From Octopus vulgaris (taxonomy: Eukaryota), in assembly GCA_951406725.2 (NCBI GenBank), contig OX597814.1, forward strand, positions 186,620,001-186,684,000: a stretch of 64,000 nt of DNA. Reading direction: 5' to 3'. Below the pieces are notes generated by a model that did no database searches, had not been told where the DNA came from, and saw nothing but the letters and a program-made list of their open reading frames with translations. Positions within the stretch are counted from its first letter, which is position 1. Each line of letters begins with the position of its first letter. This document shows positions 62,996 through 64,000 of this stretch, piece by piece. The translations under genes and the position numbers were made by a program.

Positions 62996-63587
62996 AGCGA
63001 CACTATGTTTTTGGCGAGAAACTCACGAATGAGGAGAGCTCGGTAAAGAATCCAATTCTTTGCGCTCCACAGATCCGGTCGCTTTCACCGAATGTCCTCC
63101 CTCAAACGTTTCAAAACGTCGCAATAGAACTCTCGATTAATGGTCTGGCCCTGTGGGAAGAATTGTCAATGTACAATACCACATTTCAAGGAGTGACGCT
63201 CGTGGCAGGTCTTCGAGATCGCTCATCGTCTTCTAGGAAGATTCTTCCACTTTTGAAGCACCCGTGTCACTCGAAATATAGCGTACAACCCATTGCCTCG
63301 TCGCTGTACACTTGCCGAAGAATTTCAGAGTCTCTGTAGCAGACTTTCCAAGTTTAACACAAAATTTCACGCTATCTTTTTCTTCCTGCCCATGACAAAA
63401 TTGCAGACTACAGCATACATGTGATCACAAAAGACAAATTTCACAACTTACGAAGTAAACACAGCGATGTCACACGGCACACTCCCTCGTGAAGGTCACT
63501 GCTAGCTTTCACTGCGCACACAACCGTGTGCTGCCATCTGTTGGCGCGCTACCGAACTAGACCGGGAACTTTTTGATACCACTTCAT
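62996..63587 (-). mobile_element. Mariner 5' fragment (one TIR and HTH region)
   Basis: Minus TA-tgaagtggtatcaaaaagttcccgg terminus; VKFCVKLGKSATETL...FKSGRIFLEDDERS.RP. Confidence 0.85.
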
Positions 63588-64000
63588 ATATTTATATCTG
63601 TGTGCGAAATTTATACAATACATATAATTTACGGTAAAAGTTTAGTTTCATTTCGGTTAAAATTCCGGCGACTTTAGAGCAAATCATCTCATTACAGTTT
63701 GCCTGCATTGAGCATCTCTGACTGTCATTCACACCCACTCCATTTGTTGTTTTAGCTTCCCTCAGCCATCGTGACTGTGTGAAAGACATTGCATTTTAGC
63801 ATATGTGAGATAAGATTAATTAAGCATTAAGAAAGCAGAATGAACTTTCAAATACAAAAGACAAAGAGAACAACTGTGTAGAGACGCTGTTGGATAATTT
63901 AGAAAACTTCAAACTGTATCATAAAGCATTATGAGACAAATACAAAAAATAAATAAAACGACTGTAGCTGGTGTTGAATGATTTAGAAAGTAAATTTTAT

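Overview
AT-rich, microsatellite-dense metazoan DNA with no recognisable host protein-coding gene, so probably intergenic or a large intron. The tRNA-derived SINE families resemble those I recall from Octopus genomes; this is an inference, not a database result. Nearly all interpretable sequence is transposon-derived. Retroelements: a near-full-length but disrupted CR1-clade LINE (~39.8-44.3 kb) lying inside a diverged inverted repeat, several Penelope-like element (PLE) relics, three of which retain hammerhead-ribozyme motifs, fragments of RTE, L1/Tx1-like and CRE-like LINEs, and many SINEs. DNA elements: four mariner relics, an internally deleted piggyBac nested in a PLE, a decayed hAT transposase affected by a near-identical 1.47-kb tandem duplication, non-autonomous Helitron/HINE elements, and GGATCTTT-ended MITEs with 8-bp TSDs. 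Most short ORFs in the track are microsatellite or SINE read-throughs. I cannot show a new biological system. The best leads are the minimal and variant hammerhead motifs, the LINE-in-foldback composite, a MITE carrying telomeric repeats, SINE tail-swapping and one pre-miRNA-like hairpin. Boundaries of decayed elements are approximate.
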